Source of the DNA: Octopus bimaculoides
Lineage: Eukaryota
Reading direction: 5' to 3'
Length of the DNA stretch: 64,000 bases
Assembly: GCF_001194135.2 (NCBI RefSeq)
Contig: NC_068983.1
Span: 30,861,645 to 30,925,644, forward strand
Below are positions 13,614 through 27,324 of this stretch, piece after piece. A program made the translations under genes and the position numbers. Position 1 is the first letter of the stretch; each line of letters begins with the position of its first letter. Under the pieces are notes generated by a model. The model saw only the letters and a program-made list of their open reading frames with translations, did no database searches and was not told where the DNA came from.

Positions 13614-14010
13614 GTAGGCATGGCTGTATTGTTAAGACGTTTGCTTTGCAATCATGTAGTCTTGGATTCAATCCTACAGCAGGGCACCTTGGGCAAGTCT
13701 CATTTAATATGACTTCAGGCTTACCAAAGCCTTGTGATTGAATTTGATTGATGGAAACCAGCATTGTGGAAGCACTTTATATATATGTTATGTGTGTATA
13801 TGTCTGTGTTTGTGTTTGTCTCTTCACTACCACCACTAAGGCTGATTTATTTACATTCCCATAACTGGGTGGTTTGGCAAAAGAGACCAATAGAATAAGT
13901 ACCAGACTTTAAAAAATATGTACTGGGGTCAATTTATTTGACTAAACCATTCAAAACAGTGCTCCAGCATGGCCTCAGTTCAATGACTGAAACAAATAAA
14001 AAAATAAAAG
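13614..14010 (+). mobile_element. SINE family A, old
   Basis: ggcatggctgtattgttaag head through gctccagcatggcctcagttcaatgactgaaac tail; CpGs mutated. Confidence 0.75.
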
Positions 14011-15051
14011 ATCCAATAAAAAGTAGATAAAATCTAAGTCAACAACAGCAGGGTTTGAACTCAGAAACCTGAGAACTAAATGCAAAGCAACTTATCCTGA
14101 TATTAACATTTTGCACTAAGCTTACTCCCTTAGCCTGTCCTGTAATAGCAAAAGTCTGAAGATAAATCAAACTTCCGCTTGGTATAGAAATCATTTGTAA
14201 TCCACTCAACAGATTTAGTCTAATTACATATGTAATAAACAAGCTCATAAACAAGGCAGAGAGACAACAGATACATCATGTGAATTCCTTGGAAGTTACC
14301 AAATTACTGTCATGGGAATTTGCCAGAGAACGCACAACAGTTTCAACTAAACACTGAAAAATTAATAGAAACAATATTTCTTACTTATATATCTTTCCTA
14401 ATTGCCAAAGTATCATAAAATTATGAACAAGGTAGCTGGCAAAAGACAGAGATTACTCTGACCCCCTTCCTCACCCTTCCCAAACTTAAGAGAAGTTGTA
14501 CTTTAGAATACATGATTGTAGGAAGCTACAGTAATGCAGTAGTAGGAAGGTATCTTTGAGAATATTATTTTTAAAAGGTAAATTTATTAAGAAAGTATAA
14601 GATTGTGTACAACACTTAAACACTACAAGATATAATTATTGCTAATACGTTTAGGCATTACATAATTCTAATTCATTAATTTCGTCCACTGAGACATATT
14701 GGATTCATAATGATTTTGTTCATTCCATCTAAAGATCTTTGATAGACTCAAATCTGATGCTTCTCGTGTTTTCCCCATCTAAATAATTACAAATATTAAG
14801 ATTTTAATCTGATTCCCTTGTTCAATGGCCTAATGTCATTGCTTGTAGACTATGTTGGCATCACTGTGTCTGTTAATGAGATTAAATTGTGGACATATAG
14901 CACTGCAATTGATCGGAGTGTCTGAAGAGGTTTTCAGAGTTTTCATTAAAATGTCAGTTAAATCTATCGTTAACTTAATTTACAGAGAAAAGAAACACTA
15001 ATACACCAATACAGTACTATAGTTAAAAACGACTGTATATTGAGGTGTGTT

Positions 15052-15089
<38 letters not shown>

Positions 15090-16939
15090 TAAAATGGATT
15101 TCTATCAGTTTCAACAGCAAAGGTTGCAGGAATTACCTACTAACTGAATTAGAATCTATGTAGCTGAGTTTTCCACAGTCACGTGTAGCCTAAATGTAAT
15201 ACTGAGGCATAACCAGCATGACATACACTGTGTGACAAAATTGCCCTTTTGAATTACATCTAAGGTTTGTTCCATGATAGAGTACAGCTTTTGCTCTCTT
15301 TCTAGGGAGACAAGTACAAGAAAAGTTAATGAAGAGCAAGTCTCAATGCAAAGCATTCATTGACCTGGAAAACACACTTGACAGGACACCATGCTCTGTA
15401 GTTTGGTGATTACTGAAAAAACTAGATGTAAGCAAATGCCATCAGCAAGGTGAGAGTTAGTAATGAACTCTACATAGAATTTACCATGCAGGTGGGTATC
15501 CATCAGGTCTGGATGCTTAACATGATCTAATTTGTTATTGCTCTCCAGGCCATAACAAAGGAGTTTAAAGCTAGTTATCTGTGAGAACTTTGATATACTA
15601 ATGACTGAGTTCTCATTATTGAATCTGTCGAAGAATTAGAGAAATATCAAACGTGGAATCAATAGGTCTTAAAAATAAACTTAACAAAGACAAAAGTCTT
15701 AGTAAGCAAAATAGGTTAAATCCAAGAAAGCCATTGTGGGATTTGAATTTAGAATGTAAAGATTCAGTACAATTTACACAAGATGTGTCTGGTCTTATCT
15801 TACAGTTCCATTAATCCACTTCTCCAAATATACTTTTTCATTAACCGCTCCCCACCACACACACACACACACACACACAAGCCTACCAAAAGGATGGAAA
15901 ACAAAGTTGGCCTCAGCAGCAGTTGAACTCTGAGCACATCAAGTCAGAACAAATATTACAAAGCATCCTATCCAATGTCCTAACATCTCTTTTTGCTGTC
16001 CTAAATTAATTTGTATTTTTGATCAGATAAAACAAGAATGACTGAAATTAGTGGACTGATATAAATGTTGTACTGAACACTGGTTGTGTTTTGAAATATT
16101 TTACTTACATAAGTGAGAAAGCTTATATATAGTCAAACAAATAACTATAAAAATAGCAACTAAATAACAGTTTCTCTAAACCAAACCTTATCGATCTTAG
16201 AAAGAAAGTACATGAAACATTTTGGATAGTGTGATCTAAGATAAACTATCTGAGAAGACAGGATTGTCATGGCAAGAATGACTTTGACCACTAATAAGTC
16301 TAATTAATCAGGGCTCATGTAGGGTTAAATAAGCTAGATTCTTACATAAAATTATGATGGAAATTTTTAGTATAAATATGATCACTTTAAAAAGGATAGT
16401 CTCGCATCATAGAACAACTAGGAGTAATTATTTCTTGAGAGTTCCATTACAGTATATCCTTTTTTTAAATTTTTACTTGCAGATGATAATGCTGTCACCA
16501 AAAGACTAACTTTATAATATGCCAAAAAAATTTGAAATTGTTGTTCTAAGCTCAAATTTGATTGAGATCAACTTTTATTATTACAAAAACAAAGAAATTT
16601 TCCACGACACTTATTAACACCACTTATTATGTTGTTTAGTCTCTGGTCAGTCTCTAACCTGCAGAATTTATGATTGAATGTGTTCTAGTCATGTTTATCC
16701 AGTTTGTTTTTTTCAGATATAGTTTAAGTTTGGATCTATTTGATATAGGAAATTGATTTTTTTTTTTCTTCCTTTCTTTTCTTTTTTTATTGGGGAGGGG
16801 GGTGGAGGGGGGGTATGTTTAGATTCATTCAAGTATGAATGTAAACATTGTGGGAGGTTAAATTTGCATAGAAGCACAGATAAAAGCACAGATCAAGTTT
16901 GGTACTTCTATACAAATCTAACTCTTCACATATTTTTTT

Positions 16940-17487
16940 TTTTTTACTTGTTTCAGTCATTTGACTGGCCATGCTGGAGCNNNNNNNNNNNNNNNNNNNN
17001 NNNNNNNNNNNNNNNNNNNNNNNNNNNNNNNNNNNNNNNNNNNNNNNNNNNNNNNNNNNNNNNNNNNNNNNNNNNNNNNNNNNNNNNNNNNNNNNNNNNN
17101 NNNNNNNNNNNNNNNNNNNNNNNNNNNNNNNNNNNNNNNNNNNNNNNNNNNNNNNNNNNNNNNNNNNNNNNNNNNNNNNNNNNNNNNNNNNNNNNNNNNN
17201 NNNNNNNNNNNNNNNNNNNNNNNNNNNNNNNNNNNNNNNNNNNNNNNNNNNNNNNNNNNNNNNNNNNNNNNNNNNNNNNNNNNNNNNNNNNNNNNNNNNN
17301 NNNNNNNATATATATATATATATACGACGGGCTTCTTTCAGTTTCCACCTACCAAATCCAGTCACAAGGCTTTGGTCAGCCCAAGGCTATAGTAGAAGAT
17401 ACTTGCCCAAGGTGCCACGCAGTGGGACTGAACCCGGAACAATGTGGTTGGTAAGCAAGCTACTTACCACACAGCCACTCCTGCGCC
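16940..17487 (-). mobile_element. SINE family A spanning an N gap
   Basis: The tail lies left of the gap 16981-17327 and the head lies right of it. Confidence 0.8.
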
Positions 17488-18097
17488 TGTTTACATTTAT
17501 GTAAGATTTGAACTCAGAATTCACAGAACCAAAACAGATACTGCAAGGCATCCTATCTAATGCATTAATAATTCTGCCAATCTACCACAATGAACTGGTA
17601 TTTTTTTTATATTGACCCCTAAGAGGATGAAGAGCAAAGCTGGCTCAAAGCACAGTGAGTCAGAACACATATTATGAGGAATTCTATCCAATGCTCCAAT
17701 GACTACCAATTTGCTGCCCATGAATGATATAATACTCCATAGAAATGTACTGAATGTTCAGAAGACTAAAAGAACTGAAACAGTGTTTCATATAAATTTT
17801 TATATTCAAGAAAATGTTAATGAATGTAGTGGTTAGTTGTTGTTGATTAGCTTCAGATGAACCATAATTAAATGGATCGATCGTCACTGGCATTCAAGCC
17901 ATGACCGTTCTCTCTTTATTTTTCAGATAGTGTATGAGCCAGGGTTGTATTACTCAGTGTAGCCAACCTTCCATTTGTCCTTCCACATTTGGACAGAGAA
18001 TGTGATTCGAGAGAGATTTGACTGATATTTCTAACTGTTGAAGAACTCTTGCTGGCTTATAGTTGTATGTGTCTAGAGGGAGTCAAAAGAAAAATTC

Positions 18098-18151
<54 letters not shown>

Positions 18152-18407
18152 TTCATATGACAACAAGCAAAATCTCAGATAAGCCAATAGACCTTGGATA
18201 GTTTTCAGATAATCTTCTGTAAGTTAGTTTAGGGTTGGAATTTAATTAATGTCTCAAAGTTATCTTTCAAGAATGTGGCCATCTGTCGAATTTTACCAAC
18301 CAGTGTTAGTTTTCTCTGATCAGAGAAAGTTCATCATCTAGGATCACATAAGTTATTACCAGTATTTGATAAAGCAGATTCATTTCCTTTTATATTTATA
18401 TATTAAG

Positions 18408-18729
18408 TGAAGGCATGTGGCTAAGTGGTTAGGGCATTTGGCTTAAGATCATAATGTCATGAGTTCGATTCCGAGCAGTATGCTGTGCCCTTGAGCATGA
18501 TACTTTATTTCATGTTTTTCCAGTCCACTCAGCTGGCAAAAATGAATTGTACCAACTATTTCAAAGGGCTAGCCTTGTTGCATTTTGTGTCACGATAGAT
18601 CTCCTTGAGAACTACATTAAGGGTATGCATGTTTGTGGGGTGCTCAGCCACTTGAATGTTAATTTCACAAGCAAGTTGTTCCATTGATTGAATCAATTGG
18701 AACACTCGTTGTCATAACCAATGGAGTGC
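18408..18729 (+). mobile_element. tRNA-derived SINE, family B
   Basis: Head tggctaagtggttagg...gagttcgattcc; body caaagggctagccttg...gagaactacattaaggg...ggagtgcta; homologous to 59575-59932. Confidence 0.75.
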
Positions 18730-19319
18730 TAATGATATTTATCTCTACCACTGAGGAAGCAAAATCATGTCAAAACACAATGGTAGACTGCTTAAATCAA
18801 TTAGAGTCTAGTTCAATGTATTTTTGTACACCAAGTCCATTTGGAGAAATTTTTCTCTGAGACAAAATTGCACAGTCAATGCCTTTTACATTCTAGTATA
18901 TAGAAATGTATTAAAATAAATGTACATATCTTTATTTTGATATCTGCTTCTTTGTGTGCTTACACCAAATTAATTCTACCATGGCAATCCTCAGCACACA
19001 CCAGCAAATGTATTGTCTACAGTTTTCTATACAGGAACAAAAGTTCAGGCCTACCTCTGAACAATTAAGATGGTCTACCACTGAGAGGGAGATTTGCATC
19101 AAAGCACCATTTGTAGTGGATTGATGTGTTTTTATACTTAAGGTGTATAGGAAGAAACTTTTCTCTGAGACACAATTCTGCAGTGAATGCTTTTCTCCTT
19201 CCAGTGTGCAAGAATGTGTTAAAAATAACTGTACACATCTATATTTGGATCCTTGTTGCTTCATGCGCTTATACAAAATTTATCTATTTATTCAGTCTTG
19301 AGGAAGTGGTTGCACCTAT

Positions 19320-19600
19320 GGTTTTTGCTGGCCCTCCAAGACCAATGAGGTCAACACAGTTAATACTCTTCTTGAATAGTTGCAAGTTGATGGCTCTAAA
19401 AAATGTCCTTGGAAGAAACCAAAGACAACCAATATTCTGAGAAGGACCGGGTACAGTAATTAGTGTGGGGCTTATGAGTGGCAAGTGACAAGTGAAAGAA
19501 AGACAAATGAATTGGGAGTACCTGAGTAGAAGTGGTATGAGACCAGCCAGGTCCAAGAGAAAGAAGCTATTATGGCAGCAGAAGGAAAAGTAAAGAAAAG
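19320..19600 (+). mobile_element. Degenerate RTE-like LINE 3' coding remnant
   Basis: One frame reads LQVDGSKKCPWKKPK...LGVPE*KWYETSQ...IMAAEGK, resembling the RTE C-terminal V.G.R.RGRPK.TW region; several stops. Confidence 0.4.
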
Positions 19601-21614
19601 ATGCAACATGTTATTGTGTCCTAGTTTGAGTGCTATCTACAAAATTCTTTTATAACATTTCATTATATATGCCTATAGTTAATTAATATACTGGAAACTG
19701 AAACACTGCAAAGTGACTGATATTAATTAAAAAAAAGATTAAGTTCTTAAACAAGTACTTGATATTCTATGAAGAATGAACAAGAAAAAATACACAAACA
19801 GATTGTTTATGTTGTTGACATTTTGCTATCTGGTGCATGTATTATATTTTATATTTATACAACCAAACATTGATTTCTGTGAGAGATGAAATCCAGGGAA
19901 CAATATGATAATAGATTATAAATATTCAATAAGATTGTAATCTATTATTACTTGCATCAACCAGTGCTGATATAAGTGAATCAAAGAAAAAATCCAATAC
20001 AGGAAGTCACATATGATAAATAATAAAGTAGTTTAATCTGATTGGTTCATTAAATAAATATACATATCTAATTTAGAATTACTGCCATTAACTAATATCT
20101 AACATTTTTTTGCTCTTAAGTCTATCACACAAATGTCCTCTGACCTCGTTGTAAATACCATGTGGAATCTCTTGAGAGAATACAAGCCATTAACCTTTCA
20201 ATTCTGATTTTTCATGTTCTCTATGAATAATGATTTTTGACATATAGGCACAAGGTTGCAAATTTTTAGAATAAGTATTGGCTCAGCACTTGACTGGCAC
20301 TTTATTTTATTGATATTAGAGAGATGACAGTAAAGTTGATCTCAGCAGGATTTGAACTCAGGAAATATAAAGACATGTAACCAGAGCTAGCACTACATAC
20401 TAAGCAAACTAGACAATCTTACAGAACTCTAAAATTTAGGGACGCCATTCAAATTCTGAATGGCTTAAACAGAAATTTTTAATGCAACTAAAAACTCAAA
20501 AACACTTTAATAATAAAGAGAACTGATGAGATAATTTCTGGAGCAGAAAAGAATGGAAAACAAGAGAAGAGATAGCCATATGGTATTGTAAAATGTCACA
20601 TCATTTGATGCAAATATCTCAAATATTGCCAGATAATAGATTTACTCAGTGATTTGCATTATTGTAATTATAATTTCTCAATTGCATTTGTTAGCTAGAG
20701 TAATAAGGGTCATGGTTGGAGAGAGTTTTAGCCAAAAATTGAAGAGGAAAGGTCACATTGCAGCATTGGGATAAGTGGGAACACATTGCATGGCTGGGAC
20801 AAGAAGGTTCACATTGAATGAATGGGAAAAGAGCTTGCACAGTGTAGAACTTGTAGAAAAAGGTACACAATGTAGGAATTAGAGAGGTCTGGGAAAAGAA
20901 AGTACACATTGTAGGGTGAAAGAAGTGAGTGCACATTGTTGGTTTAGAGAAGTTGCACACTAGAGGGCCCTGAGAAGTAAACATGCATTATAGAACTCAT
21001 CTAGGGTTCTGAATACCTGACACAAGCCCTTGACATAACTAAATGCTGCAAAAATTTTGTACAAGACTGTCATTTATGGCAGTTTACCATTTTATAAAGA
21101 TATACAGAATGAGAAGAAAAAAAGGTAAATTTCCATGAATTTCAATCAGAAAATTCTTAGTGAAAAATCCTATCACAATTCCCATAACTTGAAGGCTGGT
21201 GCTTGTTTATGTTTACATTTATTAAGTTAATTAAGCGATTAGCAAACAATAAATAATATTGTTGGTTACAGAGTACCAAATGGACTAATCATTGTTTAAG
21301 TGCATTTCTGAACATAAAAGTTACAAATGACTGTAGCCTAGCATAGAACCAAACATGGTGAAGTATTTTGCCTGCAAACCACTAGTATTCTTTGTTTTTT
21401 GCAATGCTGGTTGGTTGGTTGGTTTGGGACAAAAAGGAAATGAATGAGGGTGGAGAAAGACTAGCAGAAAGAAAGAAGACCAACTGTATTACAATGATAT
21501 TTGCAACCATTGGTTCATCAGACAAAATCTGTTCAATCAGTTAAGATGTTCTGAAAATCTCTTTAAGAAAGTAATTTATGAAAATGTTATCAATTCTTAA
21601 AAGTGGTAATTCTC

Positions 21615-21682
<68 letters not shown>

Positions 21683-22696
21683 ACTCTCACTCTCTCTCTC
21701 TGAATTGTTTTCCATTTCTCTAATGGCTCTTGATTTTTATGTTTTAAACATTTAAACAACTTATTTTCAACCCAATGGCAATTGGAATTCAATTTAAAAG
21801 CTATTTATTAACCAGGACATTATTTAAATAGAACAAAACTAGTTCCATTTACTTTCAACTTCTCTTTCCAAAGATCTTGTTTTTATAATACCTAAATATC
21901 TAGCTCTGTGTATAGGAAGATTATCTGCTTCTCCAGCAGAATAAATCCTAAAAGAATACATTAATATTTCAGCCAAATTCTCCACACACATACACATACT
22001 TACACACAAGAAAGACACTAAAATGGGAAACAACACTTCAAATATTTTGCATTAACAGGTCTATAAATAGTCTTAAAACATTAGCTTTACTGCAAATAAT
22101 GAGTGAAAAAACAGTAGCCAAATACCATCAAATTATACCCAATCAACTTTTAAAAAATGGATATATTAGCTTATATAGTCCTAGTCATAGAAAAAGATGC
22201 AATAGTCTTGCCTGGAATATATGCCTCTAGAAATATGTCTGGTCAAACAAGACACACAACATGTGATTAACATTTGTTTTAAGCATTGAGAAATTAAAAA
22301 AATAAACCCAAAATGTACTTACACATTTCCCCACTTGTACAGATAAAGCTTCTAATTTAGATAATTAAAACTCATGAGGCATCTTCATATAGTCACCACA
22401 TAGAATAAGATAGACATATGGTTTGATTCCCAAAGGTGATACTGTCCAAATTTTTCCATCTAATGGGTATTTTTAATCAATATCTTATAAGCTATCATTT
22501 ATAGCTTCTTTTGCAGTTCAGCAGTTTCATAAAGAGACATATTTTCAAATACAACAGTGTTTCCAAAAAAGAAAAACAAATTTATGAACAATATCTAATC
22601 AACAGATACAGCATCAGATTTAAATAGTAGCAAGTAGACAGACTGATGGTGTAGTGTTTTCAATGCTGTCTAGTTAATACAGACATACATTTGTAT

Positions 22697-22771
<75 letters not shown>

Positions 22772-23239
22772 TATACCATTATTGATGATCATTTTTTCAT
22801 GCTTGCATGGGTCAGACAGAAATTGCTGAGGCAGATTTTCCTGTTGCCAACACTCATCTGTTTCAAAACAAGGTAATATTTTCCCATAACTTGACATGTT
22901 TTGTTTTTTTTTCTTCATGGAAGACTGGAAAGAACCAGCCTTGGTCATATGACAATGATGCTCATTTACAACCATCATGTAATGTCTAGGCAAGGGTAGA
23001 CACAAATACACACATACATGTACATATATACCACAGGCTTTTTCCAGTTTCTGCCTACCAAAATAACTCACAAGTCTTTTGATCAGACCAAGGCTATACT
23101 AGAAGACACTTGCTAAAGTTGCCATTCAGTGGGACTAAACTCAAGGCCACATGGTTGGGAAACAATCTTCTAAACCAGACAGCCACCCCTGTGCCTTATA
23201 TTCTATATATAAAATTCTCAGTAAGATCTTCCCCTCAAC

Positions 23240-24120
23240 TAACTTTGGTCTCTATAGGGGTGATACCTTGACACTATCGAGAGAGGCAAACAGTCACACA
23301 CTCAATAGACTCAGGAAGGACCTAACTCATGCTCTTACTATTGGACTCAAAATCACAATATAGGCCAACTTGAAAGTGGATGAGTTCTTGGATGTAACAT
23401 TAAACTTAGACACTGATCCCAATAAACCTTCCTAGAAACCAAGTCAGAATCTTAGATTTATTAATACAGCCTTCTGCTATCCAGCCATAGTTTTCATGAA
23501 TCTGGCATAGAGGGTTAGCAGAGAATTTGTAACATATCTTTGAATAAGATCTTCAATGCTGCAACCTGCTATTCGAAATAAAGCCCAGGCCTCCAGTGAT
23601 TACATGAAGATTTGTTATGTCTGACACTCACCCAACCAAGGGAATTTGCTATTGTAAGGTTGTACGGTATACACCCCCATTTTCCCTTAATGTGAAAACC
23701 TGTGTAGGTAGGATCTTTCTTAGTTTAGTCAATAAGCATTTCCCCCAAGTACATAGATACAGAAAAATCTTTAATAACCATATCTCTTTTAGCTGTGTGC
23801 CTAACCTAAAAAAAATGTTAGTGAGTAGGCACAAACAGAAGAGAGTTTGGCTGCTCATGCAGTGGTAATGCCATATACCTACTAAAATGCCAATGGCATA
23901 CAAAAACATTGTACATAAGTGGGAGGGGGTGTCGAAGGATCTCAGTGGTATGTATGGAAATATGTGGATGCAACAGTGGGTTCTTTCAGAACCAGGTTCA
24001 GCAATCACAAGCCCTGGTGTAATATCCAATAAAGGTGTTATGTCACAATGCTGGTGAGTCATATCGACGTTGAAGGAAACTACTATGCTTTATGATAATC
24101 AAATTGAGGATACTGGAAAA
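23240..24120 (+). mobile_element. Penelope-like retroelement pseudogene (RT C-half to GIY-YIG start)
   Basis: FGLYRGD (YRDD motif decayed)...RLRKDL...GLKITI*ANLKVDEFLDVTLNL, then YTPPFSLNVKTCVGRIFLSLVNKHFP..HRYRKIFN...SFSCVPN, and ATVGSFRTRFSNHK. Confidence 0.85.
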
Positions 24121-24756
24121 GTGCAACAGTAGAAGATGTAGAAGATGTAGAACAGTAGAAGATGCAGACTTTACTTCGCTGTTAAAAGAAATATAGCGAA
24201 GAGTTCCCTTCACTCACACAACAACCCAAACTTTAAAAATGAGATATTTTGCTTTTGTCCACATTCACAAAAGTAGGTATACCTTAGCAAACTGGTTGGC
24301 TACACCATACCAGGTGCATGCAAAAAAGTTTGAAAGACAGTTATAACTGTCCTAAATTGTTGTAATTTTAGTATACGATTACTATACATCTAATAAGCTT
24401 ACCTACCAACTTTTTATTCTAGATTGAAGGAGACGGCTGTAACAACACTTTGAACACACCTATTAAGCACAGTGTGTCACAACTGACTAGTTTTACAGAA
24501 TGCAGGTAGAACATGAAGACAATTTGGAAGCTCCTTATGCAATAAATCTTCGTGTTAAACTGAGCAAAAGCGCTACAGAAACTTTATAAAATGCTCCAGA
24601 CTCCATTTTTCATAAGCGATGTAGTGGTGTTATAAGACTTGACCTATGAATACTAATTTCCATTATGTCCTCTACATTGTATCAAAATTTCATGCATTTA
24701 TTTGTAACGTTAAGGAAGTTATTAAAAATTGAAACCCATCAGTGACTTTTGGGACT

Positions 24757-24968
24757 ATTCTTTTACTTGTTTCAGTCATTTGACTGCGGCCATGCTGGAG
24801 CACCGCTTTTAGTCGAGAAAATCGATCCCAGGACTTATTGTTTGTAAGCCTAGTACTTATTCTATCGGTCTCTCTTGCCGAACCGCTAAGTTACGGGAAC
24901 GTAAACAACCCAGCATCGGTTGTCAAGCGATGTTGGGAGAACGAACACAGACACACAAACATATACAT

Positions 24969-25003
<35 letters not shown>

Positions 25004-25160
25004 ACACGACGGGCTTCTTTCAGTTTCCATCAACCAAATACACTCACAAGGCTTTGGTCGGCCTGAGGCTATAGTAGAAGACACTAGCCCAAGGTGCCAC
25101 GCAGTGGAACTGAACCCAGAACCATGTGGCTGGTAAGCAAGCTACTTACCTCACAGCCAC
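24757..25160 (-). mobile_element. SINE family A, full length, young
   Basis: Reverse complement of the complete element with internal (TA)n. Confidence 0.9.
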
Positions 25161-25574
25161 ACCAGATAAAAACACACACGTAAATTTATACATATATATC
25201 TATGTGCGTATACACATGCACACACGTGTGTGTGTATGCGTGTGTGTATATATATATCACCCAATGAGGATAAGTCAAACACCGAATGAACAATTCAAAA
25301 GTGCTTTAACCCATCCTTACGGCACATGCAAGTCAGCAAACCTGTAGTTTTTTTTTTTTTACCACTAAAGATATAAAGAAGGAGGTAGTAACACTTGAGT
25401 ACGTCGATATAAAAGATGTAATATTGGCTATAGACGAAATAAGTCCGAACTCAATTACTAGCCCAGGTAGTTTGCTAGCAATCCTTCTAAAATCATGTGA
25501 TCGACCGCTAGCAAAATCACTACAGTCTCTCTTCTAGAGCTTCTTTTCAAATGGAAAATTTCCAAGCAAGTTGA

Positions 25575-27305
25575 AGAAAGGAACAATTTACCTTAATCAT
25601 AAAGGAGTTAGCAGAGCAGATGCCAAAAACTATATAGTCTTATTTCTCTGACTTCGCATATCAGCAAAGTCATGGAGAAGATTGTCCGTAGGAAACTGAT
25701 CACGTTCCTTGAAGAAAATTACTTGCTTGCTGACACCTAGCATGGTTTCCGACCATGAAGAAACTGCTTGAGACAGTTCTTTTCACACTGTTGAAACAGC
25801 TACTTGAACACTCAAGTGTAGATGTGGTATATCTTGACTTTGCAAAGCCCTCGTTAATTAGATCATGGAATGATATGTCATAATCTGCATGACCTCAGCA
25901 TAGTTGGAAACCTTGGAAAGTGGCTGCACGACTTTTTAAAAGAAAGAAGTCAGGCTGTGGTGGCCAATGGAGCCCCCTTCAAAGAAACCCAAATAGTGAG
26001 TTATGTCCCTCGTGGCACTGTCTTGAGGCCACTACTGTTCATAGTGGCCCTCATCCACACACATCCCTCACCAGCTTTGAAGATGACACAAAAGTCTCAC
26101 AAGTAATACAAAACCTTGAAGATGCCATACACCTGCAACAACTGACACTCCGTCGGCTACGACGACTAGTGATCCAGCTGATCCGATCAACAGAGCAGCC
26201 TGCTCGTGAAATTAATATGCAAGTGTACCCTTAACGTAGTTCTGAGGGAGATTCAGCGTGACACAGAATGTAACAAGGTTGGCCCTTTCAATTAAAGGCA
26301 CTACTCATTTTTGCCAGCTGAGTGAACTAGAGCAACGTGAAATAAAACGTCTAGCTCAATGACCCAACGCGCCGCCAGGAAGCGAACTCACGACCTTACG
26401 ATAGTGAGCCGAATACCCTAACCACTAAATCACGCGTCTTCATGCCTGCAACAAGAGTTAGATGCAATATACAAGTGGGTTAACGACAATAACATGCAGT
26501 TCAATGCTGGATGTTTCTACGCTCTACGCTATAAGCAGACAAAGTTATTCAATGCAGACAAAATACTCGGGACCTGGAGGGATCGCAGTTCCAGAAGCAC
26601 AATCATTGTGACCAGGGCATTAACATGAGGAGTGATGCAGCCTTCCATGTCCATATTACTAAGTTGGTAATGAAATGCAGGTGGCTGATCAGATGGACTC
26701 TTAGAACTTTCAGAACAAGAGAGCAAGAAACCATAATGGTTCTCTGTAGGACATTTGTCCAAAGCCGTTCTGATTATTGCTCCCAACTATGGTCACTACA
26801 GCGGAACTCGAAGCAGTCCAACGAAGCTACACGAAGAAGATAGCCTCAATGCACATATCGGTCAAGATGTTAAGACTTTACTTCCTGGAACGAAGGCAGG
26901 AAAGATAAACTGGAAGATCTGGAAGATCCTAGAAGGATTAGTCCCAAGTTTTGACGCTGAAAGTTATACAATCGCCAGGACAGGATGCCATTGCCAAAAT
27001 CTGGGACAAGATGCTGCAACAGCTTGGGATGGATTCAAGGACCTACAGCTCTTCAAAATCCTCCCATAGAAGCTGAGATACCAAGACGGTATGGATGTAG
27101 ATGCTCACAAAACTAAACTAGATCTACTGTCACGAGTCCCAGATGAGCGAACTTCAGGGCAGAAAGTGGGAATGAGGGCAGTGGCATCAAACTCCCTCAT
27201 TCACCAAATGCCAAACTATTAAAGGAGGATTAATGAAGGTGTGGCAACACCAGGTGGCGGTGCCCCAACGTGGCCACAGCTCTTGAGTTGAGACTAATAA
27301 AGGAG
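25575..27305 (+). mobile_element. CR1-clade LINE, 5'-truncated and decayed (RT domain to 3' end)
   Basis: LTSHISKVMEKIVRRKLITFLEEN...HGFRP...DVVYLDFAK...GKWLHDFLKERSQAVVANG...VPRGTVLRPLLF...DDTKV...LQQELDAIYKWVNDNNMQFNA...WTLRTFRTREQETIMVL...SRSDYCSQLWS. Confidence 0.9.
26142..26444 (-). mobile_element. SINE family B inserted in the CR1 LINE, with a 10-bp TSD
   Basis: CCTGCAACAA occurs at 26132-26141 and 26445-26454; removing the insert restores the HLQQELD frame. Confidence 0.85.
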
Positions 27306-27324
27306 TGACGAGTAAAAGGGCCAA

